A stretch of 64,000 nt of DNA from an uncultured Lachnospiraceae bacterium (GTDB lineage Bacteria > Bacillota > Clostridia > Lachnospirales > Lachnospiraceae). Under the pieces are notes generated by a model. That model had not been told where the DNA came from. It saw nothing but the letters and a program-made list of their open reading frames with translations, and ran no database searches. Both the position numbers and the translations under genes were made by a program. The DNA lies in contig CALEFO010000194.1 of assembly GCA_937877165.1 (NCBI GenBank), positions 45,123-109,122 on the forward strand. Reading direction: 5' to 3'. This document shows, piece after piece, positions 17,635 through 24,456 of this stretch (its first letter is position 1; the number at the start of each line of letters is the position of its first letter).

Positions 17635-18082
17635 CCTGTACCTGCTCCATCTCCACGGCGTCCTCCACCGTGGTGACAATCGTCTCGGAGAGCTTCACAC
17701 TGACCGCGCCGCTCTTCGTCAATGTCATGGACGCCTTCGCGCCGTTTCCCAGTCCGATGCTGACCCCGTGAAAGATTCCATGAGCCGTTGCGTCCGCCGC
17801 ATCACTCAGGATCTTCGCCGCATCCGGGAACCGCGGTGCAATCACCTTTGCCGCCGCGGTCCTCGCCTTGCTGGCTTCATAGCGGATATTGCGCTCCCGG
17901 ATTGCGCTGTCGCAGTTGCACTCATCCGTCGCGATCCTGTCCAGCTCCTCCTGTGACATGCCTCCGGCGAACCGGACCAGTCTCCGCTGTCCACAGAAAC
18001 GGCAGGTTCCCATCTCTGTTCCGGAATGCAGTTCTCTTTCTTCCGTCCTTTCTTCTGTCTCTTCCCTGTTCAACTCTTCCAT
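17627..18082 (-). CDS. Hypothetical Cys-containing protein (151 aa)
   Basis: ORF in the operon. Contains CRFCG...CNCD cysteine pairs. Confidence 0.6.
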   Translation of the reverse strand: MEELNREETEERTEERELHSGTEMGTCRFCGQRRLVRFAGGMSQEELDRIATDECNCDSAIRERNIRYEASKARTAAAKVIAPRFPDAAKILSDAADATAHGIFHGVSIGLGNGAKASMTLTKSGAVSVKLSETIVTTVEDAVEMEQVQDE

Positions 18083-18564
18083 GATTCCTCTTTCTCCACG
18101 TAAAACGCGGTGTTCATCACTTCACCTTTCCATTTTTTCAGCTCATCGCAGATCTGCAGCATCATCGCTTCCTTCTTCTCATGATCTTCCGTGTGCAGCC
18201 CTGCGAACTTATGCGGCTCCAGCCCGCACAGAAGACTTTCCCAGTCCCCGCTGTTCTTCACCTCTTCGCCGTTCTTTTTTCTCCATCCGTTTTCCTTCCA
18301 CTGCCACGGCCACCCGGCATTTAAGGCCCCGATGACAGGATCCGACATAATGATCTGCACACTGCAGGGCCGGATCAGGATATCCAGTGCGGCCGTCAAG
18401 GTCCGGAGCTGTGCCTGTTCCTTCGTGACATCAATGAGTCGCACAAATCCGCGGCGCTGTGCCTTCTGCTCTCCGGCTTCTACCAGCCACATGCCGATGC
18501 CGCAGGACTTTCCCGGCGTTGCCCAGGATGTTTCCGCGTAGATCTTTACTTCCACCTTCCTCAC
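18070..18564 (-). CDS. RNase H-like protein
   Basis: GWPWQWKENGWRKKNGEEVKNSGDWESL resembles the RNase HI W..NGW..G..V.N.D.W segment. Confidence 0.55.
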   Translation of the reverse strand: MRKVEVKIYAETSWATPGKSCGIGMWLVEAGEQKAQRRGFVRLIDVTKEQAQLRTLTAALDILIRPCSVQIIMSDPVIGALNAGWPWQWKENGWRKKNGEEVKNSGDWESLLCGLEPHKFAGLHTEDHEKKEAMMLQICDELKKWKGEVMNTAFYVEKEESWKS

Positions 18565-19415
18565 CCCCTTTCCGGTGCTGCTCTTCCGCGCTTTCTCTTC
18601 TCCGGCTCTTCCAGGCGGATATAGCTGATCTCCTGAAACGCCGTCCCGTCCTCATAGGTGCCACACACCGTATGGTCCTTGTCGATCGCGTAGCCCTTCC
18701 GCTCCCGCGGATCCCGGAAGCCTGCTCTTCTGGAAATTACCCGAATGGTAATCTGCGGCTCCTTCAGATTCCGTGAAGGTGTGTAAAGCTGTCCGATCTT
18801 CTTCCCTTCCGTCTCCGCGGTCCGTAATGCGTACTTCACGAAGTAGCTCGCGATGTCCGCATACTGCCCGCCGGAGTTCAGCGGCACCACGTTCACGATC
18901 TGGCCTTCTTCCCAGCACTCACGGATTTCCTTCAGATCCGCATCGGACAGGACCATGTGGATATGCCTGGAACCTCTCGGCCCGACCTCCATGGTGGCCA
19001 CATATTTCATCTCCTTCCCGGCCTTCTGATACCTGGCCTTCATTCGCCGGCGGAAATTGCTGAACCGCCTTTTCATCTCTTCGGAATTCTCCGGTGCCTG
19101 TGCTTTCTTCCATGAGAGCGTCACCAGAGCATCCTTCCCGTCTTCGAAATTCGCATTGAGCTTCCACCGAAGCCTTGCCTCTGCTCTTTTCAGGTGTGCC
19201 CTCTTCGTACTCTCCGGTGATTCCTTCTCCGGAGGTCCGCCCCTTCCTCTCATCCCATAACGGGGAGCGATGAGCCTCTGAACCTCCAGCACCTTCCCCG
19301 CACGGATGATCTTCTCTATCCCTCGCATTTCCCTGCCTTTCCGGATGAACACGGTCGTAAGTTGGATTACTTTACCGCGTCGCGAAAGCGGATCCGCCCC
19401 GCTTCCTCCTGTCAT
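18561..19415 (-). CDS. HUH-superfamily rolling-circle replication initiator (alternative start at 19328)
   Basis: Three Rep motifs in order: LVTLSW (motif I), SRHIHMVL (HUH) and ASYFVKYA (catalytic Tyr). Confidence 0.7.
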   Translation of the reverse strand: MTGGSGADPLSRRGKVIQLTTVFIRKGREMRGIEKIIRAGKVLEVQRLIAPRYGMRGRGGPPEKESPESTKRAHLKRAEARLRWKLNANFEDGKDALVTLSWKKAQAPENSEEMKRRFSNFRRRMKARYQKAGKEMKYVATMEVGPRGSRHIHMVLSDADLKEIRECWEEGQIVNVVPLNSGGQYADIASYFVKYALRTAETEGKKIGQLYTPSRNLKEPQITIRVISRRAGFRDPRERKGYAIDKDHTVCGTYEDGTAFQEISYIRLEEPEKRKRGRAAPERG

Positions 19416-19508
19416 TTTTCTTGTGGTTTTCGGAAAATGCGCTATACTAAATGTTGTGGTGCCGTATGGCGCATTTCCCGGGGAGGCGGTTTTCTCAGAA
19501 CCGTCTCC

Positions 19509-19691
19509 TCATTTTCTTTCCAGACTTCCCCAGACCGCCGCGCAGTCCGTCCGGGCTATTTGATGGTCCATTTCGTCCCGAGTCAGATGCTCCCGCCTCA
19601 GATCTCCGCAGATCCGGCTGCAGTAGTCCTTTCCCTTCGCTCTGGTGACCTCTTCTCTTGTCCTGATTCCGAACATGCAGTTAATAATCAT
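19509..19691 (-). CDS. Hypothetical small protein (60 aa)
   Basis: ATGA overlap with the upstream gene. Confidence 0.45.
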   Translation of the reverse strand: MIINCMFGIRTREEVTRAKGKDYCSRICGDLRREHLTRDEMDHQIARTDCAAVWGSLERK

Positions 19692-20035
19692 CCTGTTACC
19701 CCGCGGGTTGCCTGAATCCGCACGGCTCCCCGGCTCACGCCGAACTCGGCTCCCAGCTCTGTCCAGCTTCTCCCGGCGGCGTTCTGCTGACGCAAATAGG
19801 CTCTTTCTTCATCCGTCCATACATGGAAGCCCTTTCTTACACAGGGCTTTGCGGCCTTCTTCGCCGCTGCTCCAGCTTTCCGTTTCTGCTGCATCACCTG
19901 CGCCGCGGCCTTCCGTCTTCTCTGCACCGCTTTCTGCTCTGTCCAGCCTTCCGGAAGCTCCGGCTTCGCTCTATACTCGTGCGTCGCCGGGAGTTTCGTC
20001 TCCGGAAGCGCCACCTTCCTTACTCTTGCCTGCAT
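19688..20035 (-). CDS. Basic HTH (Myb/SANT-like) DNA-binding protein
   Basis: WTDEERAYLRQQNAAGRSWTELGAEFGVSRGAV is an HTH-like segment. The N-terminal half is Lys/Arg-rich. Confidence 0.55.
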   Translation of the reverse strand: MQARVRKVALPETKLPATHEYRAKPELPEGWTEQKAVQRRRKAAAQVMQQKRKAGAAAKKAAKPCVRKGFHVWTDEERAYLRQQNAAGRSWTELGAEFGVSRGAVRIQATRGVTG

Positions 20036-20055
20036 CGTCTTTTCCCTTTTCTACG

Positions 20056-20064
20056 TGCTATAAT
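20056..20064 (+). promoter_or_regulatory. Extended -10 promoter element TGCTATAAT
   Basis: Exact TGnTATAAT 31 nt upstream of the ATG at 20095. The same 9-mer occurs at 23093. Confidence 0.5.
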
Positions 20065-20094
20065 TTCGCTATACACTTTTTTGGTAGGTCCCTC

Positions 20095-20286
20095 ATGTCT
20101 GATATGGAAATCCCCGATTTCGGTGATATTCTCGATGATCCTGATCAGAGAATTATTCGTTATATGGATATGCTTGAAGAAAAGCACAAACGTCGTGAGA
20201 ACATCACCTTATGCATTTCCATCATCAGCGCTATTGCTGGTGTCATCGCTTCCATCGCATCCGTTGCTGCTCTGCTGAAGCATTAA
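20095..20286 (+). CDS. Small tail-anchored membrane protein (63 aa)
   Basis: Only the last 63 codons of track ORF 19645..20286 follow the promoter. C-terminal segment ITLCISIISAIAGVIASIASVAALL is hydrophobic. Confidence 0.45.
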   Translation: MSDMEIPDFGDILDDPDQRIIRYMDMLEEKHKRRENITLCISIISAIAGVIASIASVAALLKH

Positions 20287-20445
20287 CTTCAGCTCTCTGA
20301 TTTCCCGGATGATCATCACCATCAGAATGACATTCACATTCCCGATCTCATCAGCATGCCTTTCCAACCTGTCCAGTCCAGCATCGGAAATTTTTCCGAT
20401 GCGCCGGTATTCCGTCGGCTTGTTCTTCTTTCGCAGTATTCCCAT
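20209..20445 (-). CDS. Hypothetical protein (78 aa)
   Basis: RBS GAGGTG. Its 3' end converges on and overlaps 20095..20286. Confidence 0.5.
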   Translation of the reverse strand: MGILRKKNKPTEYRRIGKISDAGLDRLERHADEIGNVNVILMVMIIREIRELKLMLQQSSNGCDGSDDTSNSADDGNA

Positions 20446-20496
20446 TGCCCTTTTTCACCTCGTCCATAACAAGACGACGATCGTTCTCATACGCCC

Positions 20497-20739
20497 TCAC
20501 CCCGCATCGTCCAGGTCCTCGCCCTGGTATCTCCTTTGGTACTTTCCCCGCAGTCTTTCCATCCGTTCCTCCTCGCGCTGCCTCCGTTCTTTCCGGTCTT
20601 CCAGCCAGACAGACAGGATGATCAGTGCTGCGCCAATCGCGAAGAATGCGATTGCCGCTCCGGTCTTGTCAAAAAAAGCACTCATGACCGTTGACTCCAG
20701 CAGACAGATCAGCCCGCCAAACGATAAAATGTCCTTCAT
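20497..20739 (-). CDS. Small membrane protein (80 aa, two hydrophobic segments)
   Basis: Hydrophobic N-terminal half and a charged RKERRQREEERMERLR tail. Confidence 0.65.
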   Translation of the reverse strand: MKDILSFGGLICLLESTVMSAFFDKTGAAIAFFAIGAALIILSVWLEDRKERRQREEERMERLRGKYQRRYQGEDLDDAG

Positions 20740-20864
20740 GCCGCTTTCTCCCTCTCCCTCAAGATGGCCATCAGAACCGAATAAAACTCGCTTCCGGCCG
20801 GAATCATGATTCCTTCCATGGACTCTCTGACGGATCCGTCAGAGAGAATGTTTCGCACACTCAT
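20736..20864 (-). CDS. Small protein (42 aa, below the ORF-track cutoff), first gene of the minus-strand early operon
   Basis: Hand translation: MSVRNILSDGSVRESMEGIMIPAGSEFYSVLMAILREREKAA. RBS AAAGGAG. ATGA overlap with the next gene. Confidence 0.55.
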   Translation of the reverse strand: MSVRNILSDGSVRESMEGIMIPAGSEFYSVLMAILREREKAA

Positions 20865-20895
20865 TTCCCCTTCTCCTTTCGTGGTGCCTCCTCCG

Positions 20896-20904
20896 TGCTA
20901 TATA
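20896..20904 (+). promoter_or_regulatory. Extended -10-like element TGCTATATA
   Basis: Preceded by CG, as at 20054. Lies 55 nt upstream of the ATG at 20959. Confidence 0.4.
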
Positions 20905-20958
20905 CTTTCTTCACAGGCTCCTGCCAGAGCCGAGTATCTAAGGAAGGAGGTATATGTC

Positions 20959-21309
20959 ATGGAAGAATTGAAATCTTCGCATTTTAAATGGTCTGATGCT
21001 TCATCTCTCCATTGGAATGACCTGTCTGGTTCAGCTCTTACTTATGGAGATCTCCAGAAAACAACAGACGAGGTGTATTCCCTGTTGAAAGATTCCGCAG
21101 ATCAAGTCCCACAAGATTTATCTGCTTCTGCTGATTCCCTCGTGGAAACCTACGGATCTTTTGAAAATGTCAAAACCATCGGTGAATTCGTCACCGTTCT
21201 ACACGGTTTTGTACATTCCGATGCGTTTAACAAGCTCATCAGCTCCGCTTGCCGCGCTGCCATCGAGCAGACCGTCAAACACATCATCGACATTCTTTTT
21301 TCTCTTTGA
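20959..21309 (+). CDS. Hypothetical protein (116 aa)
   Basis: RBS AAGGAGGT then ATG. Track ORF 20806..21309 trimmed to this start. Confidence 0.65.
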   Translation: MEELKSSHFKWSDASSLHWNDLSGSALTYGDLQKTTDEVYSLLKDSADQVPQDLSASADSLVETYGSFENVKTIGEFVTVLHGFVHSDAFNKLISSACRAAIEQTVKHIIDILFSL

Positions 21310-21313
21310 TTCG

Positions 21314-21340
21314 TCAGCGGGTGCTGCAATCACCCGCTGA
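21314..21340. terminator. Bidirectional hairpin between convergent genes
   Basis: TCAGCGGGTG-ctgcaat-CACCCGCTGA, a 10-bp perfect stem. Confidence 0.6.
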
Positions 21341-21713
21341 TGACCTTTATTACCTCTACTATCTTTGAAATGATTTCTACCGAAATCAGGCTCGCAGTTA
21401 ATCCGTACAGAATTCCTGCTTTTGCTTTTATGCTCTTTTCCTGATCTCTTGCTTTTTCTGATTTCTGTCTGCTATCTGCTTCCAGCCTCAGGTAATCTAT
21501 CGGATCCCAGCTTTCCGGAAGCTCTGTCGTGTGCTTTTTTATCTTTTCAAGCTCTTCCTGGCTGATCTCTCTATTCATCAGCTTGTATTCACTGGCGTAC
21601 TGATCCAGCTGGAACGCAGTTGAAAACGAGTAAGCCGTCAGTTCCCCGTCATCTTCTGCAATTCTTGTGATAATGGAAGGATCAGCTTTTTCTGCGTAAT
21701 ATCTGGCTCTCAT
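21330..21713 (-). CDS. Hypothetical protein with C-terminal hydrophobic segment (127 aa)
   Basis: Start set at MRARYY, which has the RBS AAAGGAG. Confidence 0.6.
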   Translation of the reverse strand: MRARYYAEKADPSIITRIAEDDGELTAYSFSTAFQLDQYASEYKLMNREISQEELEKIKKHTTELPESWDPIDYLRLEADSRQKSEKARDQEKSIKAKAGILYGLTASLISVEIISKIVEVIKVISG

Positions 21714-21766
21714 CCTCTTCTCCTTTCGTGGTGTCTTTTTAAGAAAGACCGTCAAGGTCTTTCTTC

Positions 21767-21790
21767 TTTGTGGTAGATATCTACCACAAA
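21767..21790. promoter_or_regulatory. 24-bp perfect palindrome TTTGTGGTAGAT/ATCTACCACAAA
   Basis: Read directly from the sequence. Lies 1 nt below the stop of the Cro-like gene and is followed by a second 10-bp hairpin at 21741..21765. Confidence 0.6.
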
Positions 21791-21791
21791 A

Positions 21792-21998
21792 CTAATTTTT
21801 ACTTAGCGTTTCAGGCACAAAAATATCGCTCATTGCACATCCGTACAGATTGCAGAGCCTAATAAACTGCTGCGTTCTAGGAAAGGTACGGTTACTTTCC
21901 CAGCTTACAATCGTACTTGTTGCAAACCCAGTCTTTTTGTGGACTTCTTCTTGGGTCATTCCTGCGTTTATCCGTGCCGCTTTTAATGACATGCTCAT
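21792..21998 (-). CDS. Cro-like XRE-family HTH regulator
   Basis: LKAARINAGMTQEEVHKKTGFATSTIVSWE is an HTH_3 motif. Divergent from the CI-like gene. Confidence 0.8.
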   Translation of the reverse strand: MSMSLKAARINAGMTQEEVHKKTGFATSTIVSWESNRTFPRTQQFIRLCNLYGCAMSDIFVPETLSKN

Positions 21999-22038
21999 CC
22001 GGTTAACCTCCTTTCGGATTTATTTGAACATGCTCATA

Positions 22039-22059
22039 ATACTAAGTCTTTCTTAGTAT
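22039..22059. promoter_or_regulatory. Operator-like inverted repeat ATACTAAG-n5-CTTAGTAT in the cro/cI intergenic region
   Basis: 8-bp perfect arms. A further CTTAGT half-site lies at 22071. Confidence 0.5.
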
Positions 22060-22141
22060 GTCAATCAAAACTTAGTTCTTTCGATATTTTTTGTTTTACT
22101 TTTGCTAGTTTATAAAGTATGATCAGTGTCAGGAGGGACAT

Positions 22142-22537
22142 ATGAGTGATACAGAATTGAGAAGGATATTTGCTGATAATCTTAATTACTACCTGAACAT
22201 AAATAATTTTTCTCAGGCAGACATGGCACGGTATATGCATGTTTCGACCGCAACCGCAGCACAGTGGTGCACGGGCAAGACCATGCCTAGAATAGATAAA
22301 ATTCAAAGTCTCTGTAATTGGTTCGGTATAGAAAAGTCGGATCTCCTTGAAACAGCAAAACATGATCCCGAAGAGAAGTACTACATGAATGCTGAGGCCA
22401 GGGAGATGGCCGAGTTTCTTTTCAAAAATCCGGAGTATAAGGTTCTCTTCGATGCCTCCCGGAAGGTGAAGCCCGAAGACATCGGCTTTGTAAAGGAAAT
22501 GATGGACCGTATGAGGGGAAGTGATTCCAGTGATTGA
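22142..22537 (+). CDS. CI-like XRE-family repressor
   Basis: N-terminal HTH (NNFSQADMARYMHVSTATAAQWCTGK) plus a C-terminal extension. First gene of the plus-strand lysogeny operon. Confidence 0.8.
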   Translation: MSDTELRRIFADNLNYYLNINNFSQADMARYMHVSTATAAQWCTGKTMPRIDKIQSLCNWFGIEKSDLLETAKHDPEEKYYMNAEAREMAEFLFKNPEYKVLFDASRKVKPEDIGFVKEMMDRMRGSDSSD

Positions 22538-22784
22538 TGATGACATCCAGACCATCTGTCTGGATCTCCCTACCACTATCCGATCCTATGTAGTCTCCAA
22601 CCGCGACGGCAGTTATACCGTCGTGCTCAATGCAAGGCTGTGCCGGGAGCAGCTTCTCAGAGCATACTCCCATGAGATCGCACATCTCTGCCGGGGTGAT
22701 TACGAGAAGACGTGCAGCGCAGATCTGATTGAAGTTCATGCACATCAGGATGCAGAATTATCAGATTCAAGACTTGAGGCTTAG
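22521..22784 (+). CDS. Short ImmA/IrrE-like zinc metalloprotease (87 aa)
   Basis: HEIAH (HExxH) motif, GTG start overlapping the repressor gene. This is the typical XRE-ImmA gene pair. Confidence 0.65.
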   Translation: MIPVIDDDIQTICLDLPTTIRSYVVSNRDGSYTVVLNARLCREQLLRAYSHEIAHLCRGDYEKTCSADLIEVHAHQDAELSDSRLEA

Positions 22785-22825
22785 AACATTTTTCCCACGT
22801 TGGAAAAATGATACTGAACTGTCCT

Positions 22826-22855
22826 GATCATTTTGTTGACATCAACAATATGATC
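22826..22855. promoter_or_regulatory. 30-bp near-perfect dyad GATCATTTTGTTGACATCAACAATATGATC
   Basis: Read directly. Related to the dyad at 22877..22900. Confidence 0.5.
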
Positions 22856-22876
22856 GTCCCTGCAAAAAGTACCTAC

Positions 22877-22900
22877 CATTTTGCTGATGTCGGCAAAATG
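22877..22900. promoter_or_regulatory. 24-bp dyad CATTTTGCTGATGTCGGCAAAATG
   Basis: 18 of 24 positions match the core of the 22829..22852 dyad. Centres are 48 bp apart. Confidence 0.5.
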
Positions 22901-23092
22901 ATAATAGTTTGTAAGGGGGTCTTTTTCTTCTATAAAGATGTCAGATTTAAAGATCTCGATAGTTCAATTTTTGCTGATTTATTGTACTATCCATTGTAAT
23001 GGTTCAAGGTTTTGCGAAATATTGAACTACCCACGACAATCACGCGAATCACACTCGAAGAATAATTTACCTGTTGTTTTTTCTTATTTTTC

Positions 23093-23101
23093 TGCTATAA
23101 T
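23093..23101 (+). promoter_or_regulatory. Extended -10 promoter element TGCTATAAT upstream of abi
   Basis: Same 9-mer as at 20056..20064. Confidence 0.45.
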
Positions 23102-23144
23102 AGGATATGTTTTTATAGCGAATGACTGTTGATCGGTCACAGAA

Positions 23145-23178
23145 GGGGCTACGGGTTTTCCTGTAGCTCCTTTTTGTA
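23145..23178 (+). terminator. Rho-independent terminator in the abi leader
   Basis: GGGGCTACGGG-tttt-CCTGTAGCTCC followed by TTTTTGTATTT. Ends 27 nt before the abi ATG. Confidence 0.65.
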
Positions 23179-23204
23179 TTTATATTATTTCATGAGGGTT
23201 TAAT

Positions 23205-24296
23205 ATGGCTAATTTAATGGATGCTGTGCGGTACTCTTCTCCTCAGGATCAGGTAAAAAAGCTGAAAAGCAAGGGACTGATCATTAATAACGCTGATTAC
23301 GCGGTTCACGAGCTTTCTGTTTATGGCTATTACAATATTATCAATGGCTATAAGAGGCCTTATACGCATATGGCCGATGGCGAACGGGTATATAATGTCG
23401 GAGTAACCTTTGAGCAAATTCACTCCCTGTTTCTTCTGGATCATAGTATTCGAAATTCCATCATGGCCGCTATGCTGGATCTCGAAGAAAGTCTTCGTGC
23501 CTCAACCGCAGATGTTATTGGGAAATTTATTTCTACAGATCATCATGAGTATCTGCAAAAAAATCATTATCAGGATCGGCCTTCCCGCATTGAGAAGTTT
23601 TCAACAGATGGCATCCTCCGTACACTTTCAGTGAATGCCAGATCCGGGAAAGATCCCATTCGATATTACTCTGATAAGTACGGAATTATTCCGCCATGGA
23701 TTCTCCTGAAGGGAACATACTTCAGCACTTTGATCAACTATATCCGCATATTAAAACCAAACGAAAAATCTGCTCTTATCCAGAAAATGTATAATATCAA
23801 CGACCAGAATGCTTCTATGCAATGCACCAAAACTTTTTTCAGCTCTGCCTTGTTTGTTTGCCTAGATTACCGCAATCGTGCTGCCCACGGCGGACGAATT
23901 TATGATTTTGATTCTGATCATGCCGAATACTTTGAAAAAGATAACGAATTTTATAATATTTTTCCAAATTTTTCATTCATCCAATCTCTGTCTGGAATAG
24001 GACGGCTCCTTGCCATACTTGCAATGTTTACCAATAGCAATGCTGCCTCGATTCTTGAAGAGTCTGTCAATGTACAAATAAGCCGCCATCTATCCTTTTT
24101 CCCAGATGACAAAGATGTTTTGGAATCGCTAATTCAGACGAAAATCAATGTAAATCGTGTTGTGTGGGTGTCCAGAAATGGACATATTTTTCACGTCAAT
24201 CCAACTTGCAGCGGCCTTACAGATCCAGTTCAAATTTCTATTGATAGTCCGGAACTCAAAAAATACACCCCCTGCAAGAGGTGCTGTAAAAAGTAA
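23205..24296 (+). CDS. Abi_2 (AbiD/AbiF-like) abortive-infection protein with C-terminal Cys/His-rich extension
   Basis: N-terminus KKLKSKGLIINNADYAVHELSVYGYYNIINGY and YRNRAAHGGRIY are Abi_2 hallmarks. C-terminus is HIFHVNPTCSGL...YTPCKRCC. The gene is AT-richer than the backbone. Confidence 0.75.
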   Translation: MANLMDAVRYSSPQDQVKKLKSKGLIINNADYAVHELSVYGYYNIINGYKRPYTHMADGERVYNVGVTFEQIHSLFLLDHSIRNSIMAAMLDLEESLRASTADVIGKFISTDHHEYLQKNHYQDRPSRIEKFSTDGILRTLSVNARSGKDPIRYYSDKYGIIPPWILLKGTYFSTLINYIRILKPNEKSALIQKMYNINDQNASMQCTKTFFSSALFVCLDYRNRAAHGGRIYDFDSDHAEYFEKDNEFYNIFPNFSFIQSLSGIGRLLAILAMFTNSNAASILEESVNVQISRHLSFFPDDKDVLESLIQTKINVNRVVWVSRNGHIFHVNPTCSGLTDPVQISIDSPELKKYTPCKRCCKK

Positions 24297-24456
24297 CAAA
24301 TCATAAACAAAACCGCTCCGGTGTTACCAGCACCAGAGCGGCCTGCACTCCGAAGAGTACTATGTGATTCCTGCAAGAATCTTCTACATGGTACCATCTT
24401 CGGAGCGCCGTTTCAAACACCGGCGCTATTTTGCACCCATTTTTCGGAGGTGAACC

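Larger units (their letters stand above)
1..21251. repeat. Copy 1 of an apparently exact 21,251-bp direct repeat (same as 42750..64000)
   Basis: Sequence at 1.. matches 42750.. and 21251 matches 64000. All ORF translations are identical at offset 42749. Confidence 0.9.

Noticed and set aside
19645-20094. The N-terminal 150 codons of the 213-aa plus-strand ORF 19645..20286.
   Set aside because: This part is antisense to the HTH gene at 19688..20035 and is Pro/Ser/Leu-rich. Only the last 63 codons follow a promoter, and I kept those as a low-confidence CDS.
22061-22576. 171-aa minus-strand ORF across the CI-like gene.
   Set aside because: It is antisense to a well-supported XRE repressor with an RBS. 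It has no RBS or motif of its own.
22808-23132. Two short plus-strand ORFs (63 and 64 aa) in the AT-rich spacer before abi.
   Set aside because: No RBS. They are overlaid by two dyad repeats, an extended -10 element and a terminator. The region reads as regulatory DNA rather than coding.
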